Source: Eledone cirrhosa (Eukaryota). From it: a stretch of DNA of 64,000 nt. Numbering within the stretch: the stretch's first letter is position 1; every line of letters starts with the position of its first letter. A model generated the notes under the pieces. That model made no database searches. It saw only the letters and a list, made by a program, of their open reading frames with translations, and was not told the origin of the DNA. Positions 11,434-25,306 of the stretch are shown here, piece after piece. The stretch covers positions 372,930,001 to 372,994,000 of the forward strand of contig OZ024741.1 in assembly GCA_964016885.1 (NCBI GenBank). The letters are read 5' to 3'. Made by a program: the position numbers and the translations under genes.

Positions 11434-11725
11434 TATACAAATTTAAAAGATATACAAAAAGAGAGGAGAAAGAGGCATATATCTTTTGAGAAACTCATAG
11501 CCTTTTGTACACATATATAGAGCAAACAATATGTAAACATAAATACGTTAAGGTGGTACTAATTTTATTGATTTCATAAAACCTTGATAAAATTAGTATG
11601 TACTAAAAGTATGTATATTTTCCTATGTATAGTTTACTCTATATATGTGTACAAAATGTTATGTGTTTCTCAAAAGATATATGTCTCTTTCTCTTCTCTC
11701 TCTATATATCTTTTAAATTTGTATA
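11434..11725. mobile_element. Fold-back (almost fully palindromic) AT-rich MITE
   Basis: tatacaaatttaaaagatata..gcatatatcttttgagaaac..ttttgtacacatatatagag is mirrored by ctctatatatgtgtacaaaa..gtttctcaaaagatatatg..tatatcttttaaatttgtata. Arms about 135 bp, loop about 15 nt. Confidence 0.85.
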
Positions 11726-11812
11726 ATTAATACTCTGAACTAAGGTCCATTGAGCTTTTTTATTGAGAAACATGATCGTTACATATTTAATATGTATTGA
11801 TACCTTAACATA

Positions 11813-11814
<2 letters not shown>

Positions 11815-11880
<66 letters not shown>
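11815..11880. repeat. (TA)n microsatellite
   Basis: Directly visible. Other long tracts at 852-882, 34645-34717 and 49752-49841. Confidence 0.95.
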
Positions 11881-11882
<2 letters not shown>

Positions 11883-12403
11883 TGCTTCTATCTACTAGAG
11901 AATCATGCTTCAGATTCCAACATTCACTGGTTAATTGTATTGGCAGTAGTGTAACTGTCTGGATATGTACTCTCTCAACTGTCCAGATGATATAAATTAA
12001 TAATAGATATACGCATTAAAATATCTACTAAATAACAATACAATCAAAATATAGGTGTAAGCTGCAAGGTAAATGTAGCAACTCACTTTTTTAGAAATGA
12101 TTTTAATATAATGTCATTGTAAGTTATCTATTGCAGAGATGAATTCACGTGACTTAGTGGTTGGAGAGTTGTATTTGCAATCATGACGTTGCCAGTTCAA
12201 TTCTCGGACCAGGTGATGCATTTTGTCCTTGGGCAAGAGAATTTATTTCATGTTGCTCTTTCTGCCAGGAATTGCAGCCAATAAATAGTATCAGCAATCA
12301 AAAAACCAATGGAAACATTGTTTCCTTGGTCCAATTTGATGAGTTCCACCTCATTCAGCAAGCAAACGAGGTCTGGGATCTCGTTGATCAATCAGAGCAA
12401 TAG

Positions 12404-12560
12404 CAGGGGTTCTCCCTGCCAACTATTTTGGGTGAAATAGTAGCATTTTAATGCTATTTAAATACTTATAGCTAGCATTGCCGTGACACGTTTTTAGAAT
12501 TGATGATCTTACTGTCTAACTTTAGAGGTTCCATGAGTTAAAAAAGATTGATAACCTCTG
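12404..12560. mobile_element. Possible old hAT-like MITE
   Basis: Ends CAGGGGTTCTC and GATAACCTCTG are imperfect inverted repeats resembling hAT/Charlie-type termini. No 8-bp TSD visible. Confidence 0.4.
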
Positions 12561-13881
12561 AATAATGTATACTGTTATTTCCTATCTAACAAATGTTCTG
12601 GGTGACAGCTTAGGCTTAGAACTCTGCATTGTTTCATTATGTATAACTTTCAATATTTTATCTTTAGACACTGTCAATTTACTTAATAGTATATGGTTGC
12701 ACCACCTTAACATAGACAACTAATCAATTTGTCTGTCTGTCTATCAGCCTATCAATTATCGATCTGTTGTGACTAAGAATACACACACAAATCATCTATA
12801 ATGCTGCTAAATCATGATAGCTTATACACACACCCATATATTTTAGACAGTATAAAGTGATATTAATTCCTTTTTTAAGAATCTATTAGGTGTAAGGGTG
12901 TTGGTTTGATTCCTGGACTGGGTTGTGTGTTGTGTTCTTGAGCAACACTCTTCATTTCACATTGCTCCAGTATATACAGCTGAAAATGAGTACCAGCAAT
13001 AGCTGGAGGTTTAATCCCGACCAAGATGGCTGGTGTGTGTCCAGTGAGGAGTCTGGAAACAGGGATAAGCACTGGCCTAATGAGCCTCTGGGCTGCAGAC
13101 AGATTTTAAATTAGGGGTATATGTAGAATGAATGGTTACAATTTGAAACCAAAACTAGACTGTAAATTTATTTTTACTTTATAGTGCCTAGGATATGTTA
13201 TAAAATTATGCTTACTGATTTAGGCACAAGGCCAACAATTTTGGGACAGGGGAAGGCGATTATATTGACCCTAGTGACATGAAAAGGATGAAAAGCAAAG
13301 CAAACCACAGTGGGATTCGAACTCAGAATGTAAAGGGACAAAACTCTATGCTGCAAAGCATGTTATCCTATGCTTTACTGATACTGCCAATTCACCGCAC
13401 TGATATAATTCAAAATAAGATTTAAGACTATAAATGTAAAAAAGAAGAACTATAATTGATTTAAGCCAAGTATAATAATCTTCACAAACACTTTTTGAGC
13501 CAACAAGGGAGCCTCTGCTTGATCAGCTAGAAAGAGCAGCCAAATCTCCCTTTAATATTTTGACGAGAGAAATGCACATTGGATATTGTAGTTCTAGATG
13601 TATGTGAAGAAGCAATTTGATACTCTTTCCAAAAGAGTTCTTTTTGCATTATTTTACACTGTCAAATTGGCCACTTTAGAAGCTGACTATGTGGCCTAAG
13701 TTCACATTGTGAATGGCTTTCAAGTGTCAATATGTCTGAGATTTTAACATATCAGAGAGTCATCTGTTTCTTCTCAGGTCTCAGAGACAAGGAAGTGATA
13801 TTCATAAATAGCCGGCTCTTGGCCAAGCCAGTGGAGTTGCAGAGTTGAATTCTAAGAGTTAACATGGAGTCAGTCCACTGC

Positions 13882-14110
13882 TTTAACTCTTTAGCATTTA
13901 CATTACTCTATATATACTACTGTATTTTTGTGGTAAAGGCTGTAACTCACATAATTATCTCACATAATATTGAATCTATGAGATTTTGATATTATCTATT
14001 TTGAAAACAATACCTTAACATAAGTATGAGTGGCTGGTTATGGCCAGTTTGAACAGAAAGATGTGAGAGAATTCTGGCCGGATATGGCCGGTTTAAATGC
14101 TATAAGGTTA
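13882..14110 (+). mobile_element. piggyBac-like TTAA MITE copy
   Basis: Full-length similarity to 15004-15223. Further copies at about 15373-15447 (partial), 39792-40004 and 61072-61297. Confidence 0.85.
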
Positions 14111-14136
14111 TACAAATGCTCTGGGTCTCTTACTCG

Positions 14137-14139
<3 letters not shown>

Positions 14140-14176
<37 letters not shown>

Positions 14177-14270
14177 TCTCTTTCTCTCTCTCTTTCTCTC
14201 TCACTCAATCTCTCTCTCTCTTGGTCTCTCTCTTTCTCTCTCACTCAATCTCTCTCTCTTGGTCTCTCTT
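14140..14270. repeat. (CT)n-rich microsatellite
   Basis: Directly visible. Confidence 0.9.
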
Positions 14271-14831
14271 GGGCCAAGCCAGCGAAATTCATCACATCAA
14301 CAGAAGTTTTGGTAAATACATTTTAATAATACCTTCTTCACACACAAGCACATATACACATCATCCAAACACATAATTCATCTGTGGTTATTTGTTCTTC
14401 GTATATTGTCATATAACTTCAGCAAAAGTTATATTTAATAAATTAGTAACATAACGACTTTGTGGTATTGTGGTTTATATATTTCATTTCCTACACGATC
14501 AAGGAACCATCATATCATCATCTTAATGAACACTGTTACTTACTTACTTGCACACATACTATCTCTGGTCATACTGTATCAGGCACATCAAGCTTTTCTT
14601 GCCTACACACACACATACATACACACATAATATATATATATATATATATATATATAAAGAATGAATAATAACAGGTAGACATCATAAAAAGGTATATATA
14701 TATATAATCTTTGATGATTTAGCGTTATAGAATATAAACTAATGACAAAATACATTTTTTTTTTTTTAAATGAGGCCCACGAGGGTACATAGGCCTAAGC
14801 TATAGCTTATTTAGCTAATAGGTAAGTCCAG

Positions 14832-15330
14832 CACTGCTCAACACTATTTATGTCTCCTAGGTAACAGAAACCACCCTCAGTATAAGTTAAGTCACCTAGG
14901 TAAAAGACCTCCACACCCAATATTAGTTAAGTTATCTAAGTAACAGAAACCACTCTCAACACTAGTTAAGTCACCTTGATAACAGTCACCCCAGCACTAT
15001 TAACCCTTTAGTATTCACATTACTCTATATATACTATCATATTTTCATGGTAAAGGCTTTACCTAACATAATTATCTCACATAATATCGAATCTATGAGA
15101 TTATGAAAGTATTTATTTTGAGAACAATACCTTAACATCAGTTTGAGTGACCAGTTACAGCCAGTTTCAACAGAAAGAGGTAGAGAATTCTGGCCGGTTT
15201 TGGCCGGTTTGAACATTAAAGGGTTAAGTTACCTAGATAACAGACACCATTCCCTGTACTAGCTAAGTCACCTTGGTATCAGAAAACACCCTCAGTACTA
15301 GTTAAGTTATCTAGGTAAAGAGACCACTAT
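14832..15330. repeat. Degenerate ~38-bp minisatellite interrupted by a TTAA MITE
   Basis: Unit approximating actagttaagtcacctaggtaacagaaaccaccctcag occurs about 4.5 times before 15000 and about 3 times after 15227. Confidence 0.85.
15004..15223 (+). mobile_element. piggyBac-like MITE (220 bp) with TTAA TSD
   Basis: TTAA|CCCTTTA...TAAAGGG|TTAA (TTAA at 15000-15003 and 15224-15227), inserted at the TTAA of a minisatellite unit. Confidence 0.9.
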
Positions 15331-15622
15331 CTATGTCAATGGCAGAGATAGAGAAAGTAAAGCTCAGTCCCTTTAACCCTTTAACATTTACATTACTCAA
15401 TATATACTATTGTATTTTCATGGTAAAGGCTTTATCTTACATAATTACCATCATCATTGATTAATGTCTATCTTCCACGCTAGCATGGGTTAGACGGGTT
15501 TGTCCAATTTGGAAGCAAGTTGGGTTGGGTGACTGAGTCTCGCTTATATAGGAGTGTTTCTGGCTGGTTTTCTACAGCTGGATGTCCTTCCTAACGTATG
15601 TGTGTGTTTATATATATATATA

Positions 15623-15917
15623 CAGTTGTCCCCCAGTATTCACAGGGGTTACGTTCCTTGAACACCCGCGAAGAGTGGTCCATTAAATGCCTATAAATGT
15701 CAAAATATAAAATAAAAAAGAACCTTTTGTGAAGGGGTGTCCAATAGGCCGGCAAATACGTTATATTGTTATTAATAATTTAGCATTAAAAAAATATATA
15801 TTGCCACGAATAAAGAAATTAAAAAAATCGCGCAAAAATATTAGTTAGGTTCTAAGGAAAATTCCGCGAATAACCTGGACCACGAAAGTCGGAGCCACAA
15901 ATGCTGGGAGTACACTG
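15623..15917. mobile_element. pogo/Tigger-like MITE in a (TA)n tract
   Basis: TA|CAGTTGTCCCCCAGTATT...AATGCTGGGAGTACACTG|TA: imperfect TIRs with TA flanks. Confidence 0.7.
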
Positions 15918-18099
15918 TATATATATATATATAATAATGGTTTCTTATATAGGCACAAGGCCAGCAATTTTGGGGGAGGGAAAGTCGATTAAATCGATCC
16001 CAGTGCATTACTGGTACTTTATTTTATCGACCCGTAAGGATGAAAGGCAAAGTTAACCTCGGCGGAATTTGAACTCAGAATGGCAAGGGCCGTAACTCTC
16101 TGCTGCAAAGCATGGTGTCCGACCCTCTACCGATACTGCCATAGAAACAAAGGTGTCAATATATCATCATTATGTTCATTCACATGTTGTGCATGTTTTG
16201 CAATAGATCAGCTCAAGGTACAATCAGTATCGATCACGCTTTACTCTGGAATCGATAGCTCATAAGGTTTATGTCCTTAAACTAGACCCACTTATGCGTT
16301 GAGTGCTCAAACTGGTGAACCAATACTAATGTAAAGTTACACACCAATAATTTATATATATGTGAAGGCATGTGGCTAAGTGGTTAGAGAATTGGATTCA
16401 CAATCGTGAGGTTGTGAGTTTGATTCCTGGACTGCTTGATGCGCTATGTCCTTGACCAAGACACTTTATTTCACGTTGCTCCTTTTACCTGGAGTTGCGA
16501 CTGATAGATAGTTTAAGCAATTGGAAAGACATTGTTTCCTCGGTCCGATTTGATCGACTGTCGATATATATATATATATATGCAGTTTTAATCTACCAAA
16601 TTCATTAACAAGGCATTAGTTAACCCAAGTAGGGTTGGTTTATTCAGTAAAGCAAAAAAAAAAAAAAAAAAGGTTATGAATCTCCATTAGTTTTGATGAA
16701 TGGAATAACCTACTCATTAAATTAATATATAAGGGGTTGGATATTCTACAGACACATATAACCTTAATGTAATTTTAAAAAAGACACAGTATGTAATAAG
16801 GCTGGCCATTTGAATTACTGGTACAGTCTGTCTCACAGGCTTCCAAAGTTGCTGTCTCCCCAATTTCTCTCACAAGGCTTTGGTCAACATAAGGCTATGG
16901 TAAATGAATCTTGCCCAAAATGCTATGCAATTGTTTCGAACCCAGAACCTTGTGATTGCAAACCATTTAGCCATGTTGAACCCACCCTATTATGTATACA
17001 TCTGTTTAAGTATTATAAAATGTTTTATTTCTCTCCTTTGGTGACATAATTAGTGTAAATGTATATCCAATAAACACAGTAAAGTAAAACAGATGTTACA
17101 ATGACAACAGCAGCAGTGACAATCATGACAATGATTTTGCTATTATAACTTTCAATTTCATACACAAAATAAAGTTGATCGTTTTATTTAATGAAACCTA
17201 TAAAGGGAAATAGTTTCTCATATATACAGTTCACTTTTAATAAAAGAAAATCATCATCGTTTAACATCTATCTTCCATGCTAGCAATAACCAAACAGCCA
17301 TTAACGACTGCAAATCCCCCCTCCTCCACACACACACAAAGAGGTGGGGATCAAGCTGAAATACCAAGGATAGAATAGTTTCAATGGCAAACTATCTTTA
17401 AAAAATATGAATGTTGACAAGGGGTACTAATCAATTGGGCTAAACCATCTGTCAAAAAGAGAGAAGTTAAAATTACTGGACTATTAATTACTGCAAACCA
17501 ATTAAACTGTAGCACTACAAATAATTCTCTATGATTTCTTTATTCTATTGCAATTGGCTTTGTCATTTATTCTGTCTTTGTGTTGTACAGCTTTCATTTG
17601 TATGCCAGGATGTTATATAACATCTGCTACCTTGAAATTCAATTATAGAATTGTCCTTATAGAATGGTTTTATAATTAAACATTAGAATCATTCACCGTA
17701 TTGATAATAATGGTGAAATCCTTGCTTGGCAGCCTCAAATAGTCACAAAAGCTTAATAGTTGAAGACAAATAGGGGGCTGATTGCTCATGGAAAATATCT
17801 AGTAACAACATATATTATTAAAACTTATTTCCGGAATAATGAAACATACAGAATAAATGTAATAATTTGTGAGACAAGCAAATCATCAAGAATTTCTGCA
17901 AAGATATTAATACTGACTGATAACTTTGATAATGTTAGAACACAAAAGCACAAAAGAAAATCACTAGCAACATTAGGAAATTAAATACCAAATCACATAC
18001 ATACTATAGAAACACTAACAATAAACCTTATCAAAGATCACTTGAGTAAGCAACAAACAAACCAAGATTATAAAATACACATCATCTTCATTCCAACCA

Positions 18100-18590
18100 C
18101 CCCATTATCATCATTGTTTAGTGTTTGCTTTCTCTACTAGCAAATGTTGGACATGATGCCACATAATGGCTAGTATTCAAGCAGAGCCAGAGATTGGTTA
18201 GTACTCAAACAGAACCACTAAACTCAAAGTGAACCAGGATTTCAACATACAATCCTGTGCTCTATTGAGTGCATTTCATCATGGTATCAACACTAGGGAA
18301 GTTGTCATGTCCTTGACACAACTCAAGAGTGCTCTCGACCCTTTCTTTGGCAGGTTTTCTATGGCTGGATGCTCTTATTATTACAAACCATTTCACAGGG
18401 TATGCTGTGTGCGTTTATCACCAACACTAAGGAAGTTAAGTCTATGGTACAACTGAACAGCCCTTCCAACTCTTTGTTAGACAGGTTTTCTATGGCTGGA
18501 TGCCCTTCTTATCAACAACCACTTTACAGCGTGTATTGAGCACATTTATCATGTAGATCACCAACACTTGGGAGGTTGTTATGTCTATAA
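18100..18590 (-). mobile_element. Old RTE-tail-derived repeat with a tandemly repeated internal module
   Basis: Repeated caacactagggaagttg..ggttttctatggctggatgcccttc module. Relatives at 2310-2560, 21100-21460, 37860-38160 and 58825-59180. Confidence 0.55.
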
Positions 18591-19599
18591 CTTAACTATT
18601 TAATTTCACTCTCTCCCAACAAACAATACACAATTTGACATTTACCAAAACTTTCATACCTTAAAATCCAACAAAACATATTGGATTCTTAAAATCATTT
18701 ACATCCCTCAATATATTCAGTCAGCAAAATTTAACAAAGCAAATAGAAGGAATTTAAATGCATATCATTGAAACAGCTAATGGTATTGTGAGGTTGCTTT
18801 CGGCGGCATGCTATCCATAATATCTCTTACTAATCAATGAAGAAAGTTCAGCAATATATTCACTGAACCAATATGATTATATCATTGATAAGGTTCTTTC
18901 TAATTAACAATTTTTAATTGAAATTTTCTGTTTTTTCAGTGCTAAACAATAAACTACTATAAACAACTATGAAAACCTTGTCAAACAAAACATCTTATAC
19001 CTGTGTTATTAGAGGTATTGTTGTTAATACTAATTTAGTTCTGTAAAGCTTCGGTTTGGAGGCATTAGTGTACTGAATGACAGATAACATTCTGTAGAAC
19101 TAACAAATGATATATAATTGTTTAGTCATATCTGAGATATTCCTCTATGTAGTGTTTTGTCGTAATGTTGCTGGAAATGTTTGTCATGGATGTAACTGAA
19201 GCAGTCTAAAGGGTCTGCTCACTGCAAAACAACAAAGATTTACTAAAAAAAAAAACCCAAACCATGCAGTTCAGCACTGCGGTTAGGCCTAGAAAGAAGA
19301 GAAAGGGTGCAGTTATTTTTGGTAACTGTGTATTTTATGTTTGCCTTGATAAGATAGAGAAGAAAAAGGTTTTATGATATTCAGACTCTTCTAATAATCT
19401 TCCATAGAAGTAACGGTAGAAAATGACCAGACTTAAAAATGACCAGATTTGATGATATCAGGGTTGGCTGAAACGTTGGCTAAATATAAAGGTGTGATTC
19501 TAGTGCTGTGGAATCTTGCATGTATTAGTTTCAGCTCTCTTTATTAATAACTGCATTGTTTTTTTCCAGGGACCATGTTAAAAAATAAACCTCATTTGG

Positions 19600-19850
19600 T
19601 CATTCCATGAGATTATCTTGGTCAGCCTATGAACTCCAACCAACCCTTGTATAGTGGTTGGAGTGATGAAAAGAGATCATTATCAACTAGACTATACATT
19701 CTATTGTACATTCTACCAAGAGCAGGTAATACACGTTTTGTGAAACTTATCCAAATATGTAAGCAGTATTCCATTTGGAGGCAGATCTGTAACTTGTAGA
19801 GATACAATAGAGCTTCAGATGTTCGGAATGTGTTTTGAAAGAAAGAATGA
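19600..19850 (-). pseudogene. Ancient LINE relic (post-RT region, CR1/Jockey-group-like)
   Basis: ORF 19622-19807 LYLYKLQICLQMEYCLHIW..SLQPL resembles the LYK..IRP.MEYC..IW motif of LINE ORF2. Confidence 0.55.
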
Positions 19851-20547
19851 ATTCATCATTCTAGCCTGAGGTTATGGTAGAAGACACTTGTCCAATGTAC
19901 TATGCAACAGATTGAACCTGGAATACCAGGTTCCAAAGCAAATGTCTTAAACACACAACCATGATTATATTTCACTCACTTAGAAACAACAAATATCACC
20001 CTTTAGAATGAATAAAGGCTTTCTCATACAAGCTTTGCTTCTTTATACTTTAACATGTTGGCTTGTGCTTGAAGATATAATAAATTCAATATACTTGGAG
20101 GACTGCTTAATCAGGTTAGCAATCTGTGAAGTTTATTGATGGTCTTTATAAACTGTCATGTTACTTCAGTTACTGAGTAAACATATCATTTTCAGTAGAA
20201 ATCACAAACATTTAACTCATGTTTAAGAAAGGTGATACAACATAATCACGAAACTAGGGCATTGAATGTGGAAGATCTACACTCAATGGGGGAAATGGTG
20301 TTAAATAAATTCAGTGTCATCTGTTGAAGAGGTGAAGGTGCATAGCCTAGTGGTAAGGGTGTTAGACTTACAATCATAATGTCATAGGTTCAATTCCTTG
20401 AGCAAAACACTTCACTTCATATTGTTCCAGTATACTCAGCTGAAAATGATTACCAGCAATGTATTGTGATTGACTGGCATCCTATTCCAGGAGGAGTCTT
20501 GTACTCTTAGTCCTTTAACACCATAAAAAAACAGGATATACACCTGT

Positions 20548-20980
20548 TGATTTCTAATTTAGGCACAAGGGCAGCAAATTTTGGGGAAGAGCAAAGTTAA
20601 TTAAATCAACTCCAGTACTTAACTGGTACTTTATTTTTTTCAATCACAGAAGATTGAAAGGTAAAGTTGGCCTCAGTAGGATTTGAACTCAGAATGTTAA
20701 GAGCCTGAACAAATATTGTGAAGGCAATTTTATCCAACCCTCTACCAATTCGGCCAATTCCCCCGCATTTTAATTGTTTCTAACTTAGATACATGGCTAG
20801 CAATTTTAGTGGAAGGGAAAATCAATTATATTTATCCCCAGTACTTGACTGGTACTTTATTTTATCGATCTTGGAAGGATGAAAGGCAAAGTTGACCAAA
20901 CTCAGAACATAAAGGGCTGAATTGAAATACTTCAATGCATTTTATCCAATGCTCTAATGATTCTGCCAATCTATTGCCTT
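20548..20980 (-). mobile_element. Two tandem SINE family A copies
   Basis: Two consecutive ggcacaaggc..ctggtactttatttt..gaaaggcaaagttg..aactcagaa units. Confidence 0.85.
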
Positions 20981-22479
20981 CTCTTTCAAGTGTAATATCA
21001 ATTTACATAAAAGTTAGAGAACAATGACCTAAGAGGAGATTGGCATTGAAGATTTCAGTTAATGTACACAGGGGAGATAACTACATTTGGATGTAGGATA
21101 CTTGTAAGTAGAACACTTGCCAAACAAAGGGCCAGGAGGATTCTTTAGTTGTGCCATAAATATGACACCCTCCCCTGTGCTGTTGATCAACATGATAAAT
21201 GCCCCCACTAACTCTGTAAAGTGGTTGGTGATAGGAAGAGCATTCATCCATAGAAAATCTGCCAAAGAATCAGTAGGACTGTTCAGTTGTGTCAAAGAAA
21301 TTACAGCTTCCTTAATGTTGGTGCCATAATAAAATGCATTTATATGTCAGGCCTCCATCTGGTGGTCAGAGCTTCCACTTGAGCACTGACTGGTCCATGA
21401 CAGCATGTCTAATTTTTGCTAGCAGGGAAAACAGATGTTAAACAATAATGATGATGATTTGCTGAGAGAAGAAGGCACATATGAAAGAGGAAAACTAAGG
21501 ACTAAGATACGAAAGAATTGATAAGGTTATATTTCAGGATATTGGGCCTCACTGCCAAAATAATGGTTTCTGATTTAGGCACAAGGCCAACAGTTTTGAA
21601 GAAGTGGAAAGTCGTTTAAATCAACCCCAAGTTAATGATTGGTACTTTATTTTATTGACCTGTAAGGATGAAAGGCAAAGCTAACCTCAGTGGGATTTGA
21701 ACTCAGAGCGTAAAGGGCCGTAACTCTATGCTGCGAAGCATGTTGTCCGATGCTCTACCAATTTCTGCCAATAGCATATTATAATGAGTTGTGATTTGCT
21801 GTATAGCAGACTTGTCCAACCAATGATATCATGAAAGATAAGATGCTAAGAAGATAATCAGGAATTGTCTGATAAATATGAGCTCTACTTTTCACCCTTG
21901 ACAGAACCATATGGTACTTTGTTTTGCTTGCACAAAATATTTTGATGACCTGGATTCCTTCAGCATTTAATTTCTATATTATGGCCTATTGCCAATGAAG
22001 GGGGGGGGGGGCACTGCATTGGATGAAACTGCTCTCCTACTTTTCAATGGTGCACTCTCAGATTTAGACAAATTTATGGTGATATGCTTATTCTAAAACT
22101 CCACCTTAGAATTGTGAATTCTATTCTGAGTGCCCACCCAGAATGTTCCAGAGCCCTTCCAAGCTGCAAAGTTAAGCAATGAGCCTGTCTATATGATTTT
22201 CAAATCATTTTGAAAGTAATCAAAAATTTCAAGGGATTTAGTAATATAATTACTATTCTCATTATTAAGCTAGTGTTTGGAGCATAAGTTAAAAACTATA
22301 AGGGAAAGGTTTTTTATATAGATATATATAGTTTAAAAATAAACAGCTTTGTAATGAAGAACCAGGGGTGATTTCAGGTTGTTTTGTATCAAAAGGGTTA
22401 ATCCTTTTCTACCTTAAAAAAAGAGCAACATTTAACAAAGGAGATTTTACATCAGGGAGATGTAGTATCTTCCAGGTAG

Positions 22480-22790
22480 TTGGTGAATTGGCAGAGTTGT
22501 TAGAACAACAGATAGAATGCTTTGCAACTTCATTCCAGGTCTCTGCACTCTGAGTTCAAATCCTGCCAAGGTCAACTTTGCGATTCATTTTTCTTGGACC
22601 GATAGAAAAAGTACCAGTCCACTACTGGAGTTGATTCTTTCTCTATTTCTCTTTTTCACTCTCTCTCTACCCCCACTCTCAAAGAATTTGACTGTGTTCA
22701 GATCTGGAGAGAAGATGGGTTCTGCCAGGGTTAAAATTCCCAAGACACACTGTATGCCACTACAGTTCTCTTAAAACTCTTCCAAGAGTT
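22480..22790 (+). mobile_element. SINE related to family A with a different 3' tail
   Basis: Head tggcagagttgttagaac..gagttcaaatcctgccaaggtcaactttg and tail gatgggttctgccagggttaaaattcccaagacac. Tail also at 33700-33860 and 61505-61800. Confidence 0.65.
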
Positions 22791-23941
22791 ACAGGGCCAC
22801 ATATACATATAGAATATTTCATGTGCTGTTTAGCGATTGGAAATATTTTCATATAAATACTAAGTAAGTTCATGAAATTTCAGAAAGAAAACTGAAAGTG
22901 TATGTTTAGTAGTATATTCAATTGCTCTGTTTGATGATGGTTTATGTATAAATATAGTTTCTGATAATCAATTGAGAATTAAACTAATCCTGTCTGGACA
23001 ACAAACTATTTAAACAGTATCTTCACACATGCTGCAGACACATCTCACTCATACACAAGTTACATTGTACAACAAATATTGAGATTATCTAGACATATGA
23101 AACAGAACATCTGGGAATTATTGGTATATCAATGAACAGAAACTAATCCAAAGACCAATTAGAAGAATCCAAACAACTACTTAAATATGCCTGAACCACA
23201 ATAACATTCAAAATTTGAAAACACTCAAAACAAATTGAAATCACTATAACAACCCCCACTCCTATTCCAAATATAGTGTTCCAAGCAAAGTATATCCATT
23301 TTTTTGTGCATCCCTGTGAGGTTTATCTTTCTCCTAGTTACACTACTTACTAACTATTGTTTAGATGATGGCACATAGCCAAATTTAGTCTAAATCTTAT
23401 CATATGTAATACATTTAAATGACTATACATAATATTTTTAGTAGAGTATGTTTGAAAAAAAACAACTTAGAAGACTGAAACCAGGAAGGACGTCTGGCAG
23501 TAAAATTTGCTTCACAAAAGACCCTATGATGTACATGAAGTCTTTCATGGGGTCTGTAAAACTAGCCACTGCTTTAGCAGACGAAAATGGTTTTAAATGC
23601 TTGCTGTTGTTGCAGTATAGTTGAATAGATCTATTTAACAAATAAAAGCACAGCTTATTGATTCTAAAGAACAAAGGCTCTAAGAACATAGATTACAGAA
23701 GAACTGAATCAGGCATAACTACTAATTCATTCATTAAGACTTCAGTAGCTTATACGACGGCACACCATACAAGAAGATTATATTCAGTTCATATGAAAAT
23801 AATTTAAATAATAAACATTCATGCAATGTATTAACCATCAAGTGAGAACATCTGCAATCTACAATAACAACAACTGAAAGTTTTACACCAACATGACTAC
23901 ACAAAAAACTACTTAAACAACAAAGAAGAAAAAATATATAC

Positions 23942-23962
23942 CTTTGGTCTCCCAAATGTTGT
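23942..23962 (-). CDS. Candidate 21-nt microexon of an unidentified host gene
   Basis: Long pyrimidine tract ..ttttcctttttcaatcacAG|ACAACATTTGGGAGACCAAAG|GTatat. Length 3n, open in all frames, in non-repetitive sequence. Confidence 0.45.
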
Positions 23963-24689
23963 CTGTGATTGAAAAAGGAAAAAAAATGAATTCATAGCAT
24001 AATTCATACTAAAAACATAAAGATATTCAAAAGAAAAAAAGAAAAAAACATCTTTTGAATTTCATATATTCATAGTAGACTATTTTTTATTGGGGCACAA
24101 GATCAATTTCTGTCCAGGCATATGAAATATACTGTTGATTGAATCAAGCCCAATATATCACTGGTGAATTTGGTTTTATTGGTATTGCAAGAATGAAATA
24201 GAAATTTGACCTCAATAAAATTTGGAATCAGGTCTTAGTGAGAAAAAATTAAATGATTCAGCATATTTAAACATGTGTAATTTTAGTACATTAGCCATTT
24301 GCTACCTCCATATATTCATGATGATAAAATTAAGTCAAAAATTGCAACATATATTTCAAAGTATTGAAATCAATTCTAGCCATCAAAATATAGTGATTTT
24401 GAAATTACTATATTTGATGAAATCAAAAGAAATGAAAGCCAGAAATGTATTGAGAAATGAACAAATCAAAGCCACAAATTTTATAGACTGGAAAATGAGC
24501 TCATGTCATGCTTATATAATTTATATTGGTAGCAATATTGAAATGAATTGGAATGGAATTCAGAAAATACAGACACAAATTGCTTGGAACCCCACTGTTA
24601 TGTTACATATTTGCACACCTTAACTACAACATTGAATTTTACTGATGGTGTAGTTCATTAAATGTGTACTACTACTTACAGTAATGGAA

Positions 24690-25090
24690 ACACAATGATG
24701 ATGGTGGTGGTGGTGGTGGTGGTGGTGGTAGTAGTGGTGGTGATAATGGTGTGGAGGAGGTAGAAGATGATACTGCTGATAAAGATGATGAGGAGGAGGG
24801 AAGTAGTAGGAGGAGGGAAGTAGTAGGAGGAGGAGAAGGAGGATGGAGAGGAGATTGAAACAGGTGATGATGATGATGAGGAGGGGAAGAAGAAGCAGAC
24901 GATGAAGCTGATGATGATAAGGAGGAGGGAAGATGGAGGATGGTGATAATGAAGAATTATGATTATGATGATGATGATGATGATTATGATGGTGGTGGTG
25001 GTGATGATGATGAAGGTAATGATGGTGATGATGATGATGATGGTGATGATAATGAGGAGGAGGAGGAGGAGGAGGAGGAGGAGGAGCGCA
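24690..25090. repeat. Compound trinucleotide microsatellite (GAT/GGT/GGA)n
   Basis: Directly visible; source of the spurious poly-His and poly-Asp ORFs. Confidence 0.95.
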
Positions 25091-25306
25091 GCAGAATTGT
25101 TCTAATGAGAGCAGCACTCTTATTTTTCTCTCAATTATGCAGGTCCTTCTACTGAAATCTAATGAAACAGAAATTAGGAATTACAATATTAATAAATTAA
25201 TAAATCTGACAGATTTGAAGGGTTTCGTTTGATTGATGATTATTGCCACAGAGCAGGGCAGAACTCTGGGACCTTCTCAATAGACATTATAATTCTTTTC
25301 TATAAT

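Noticed and set aside
14832-15330. ~38-bp periodic repeat resembling a CRISPR array
   Set aside because: Whole units are homologous to each other (a degenerate minisatellite), with no repeat-spacer alternation.
19450-19480. Hammerhead-ribozyme-like TGATGA...GAAAC (also 34783-34810)
   Set aside because: The core lacks the leading C of CUGANGA and the stems do not pair convincingly. At best a decayed Penelope-type terminal repeat.
24620-25155. Poly-His, poly-Pro and poly-Asp ORFs (also 33192-33548 and 53422-53776)
   Set aside because: These are translations of trinucleotide microsatellites with no splice or domain support.
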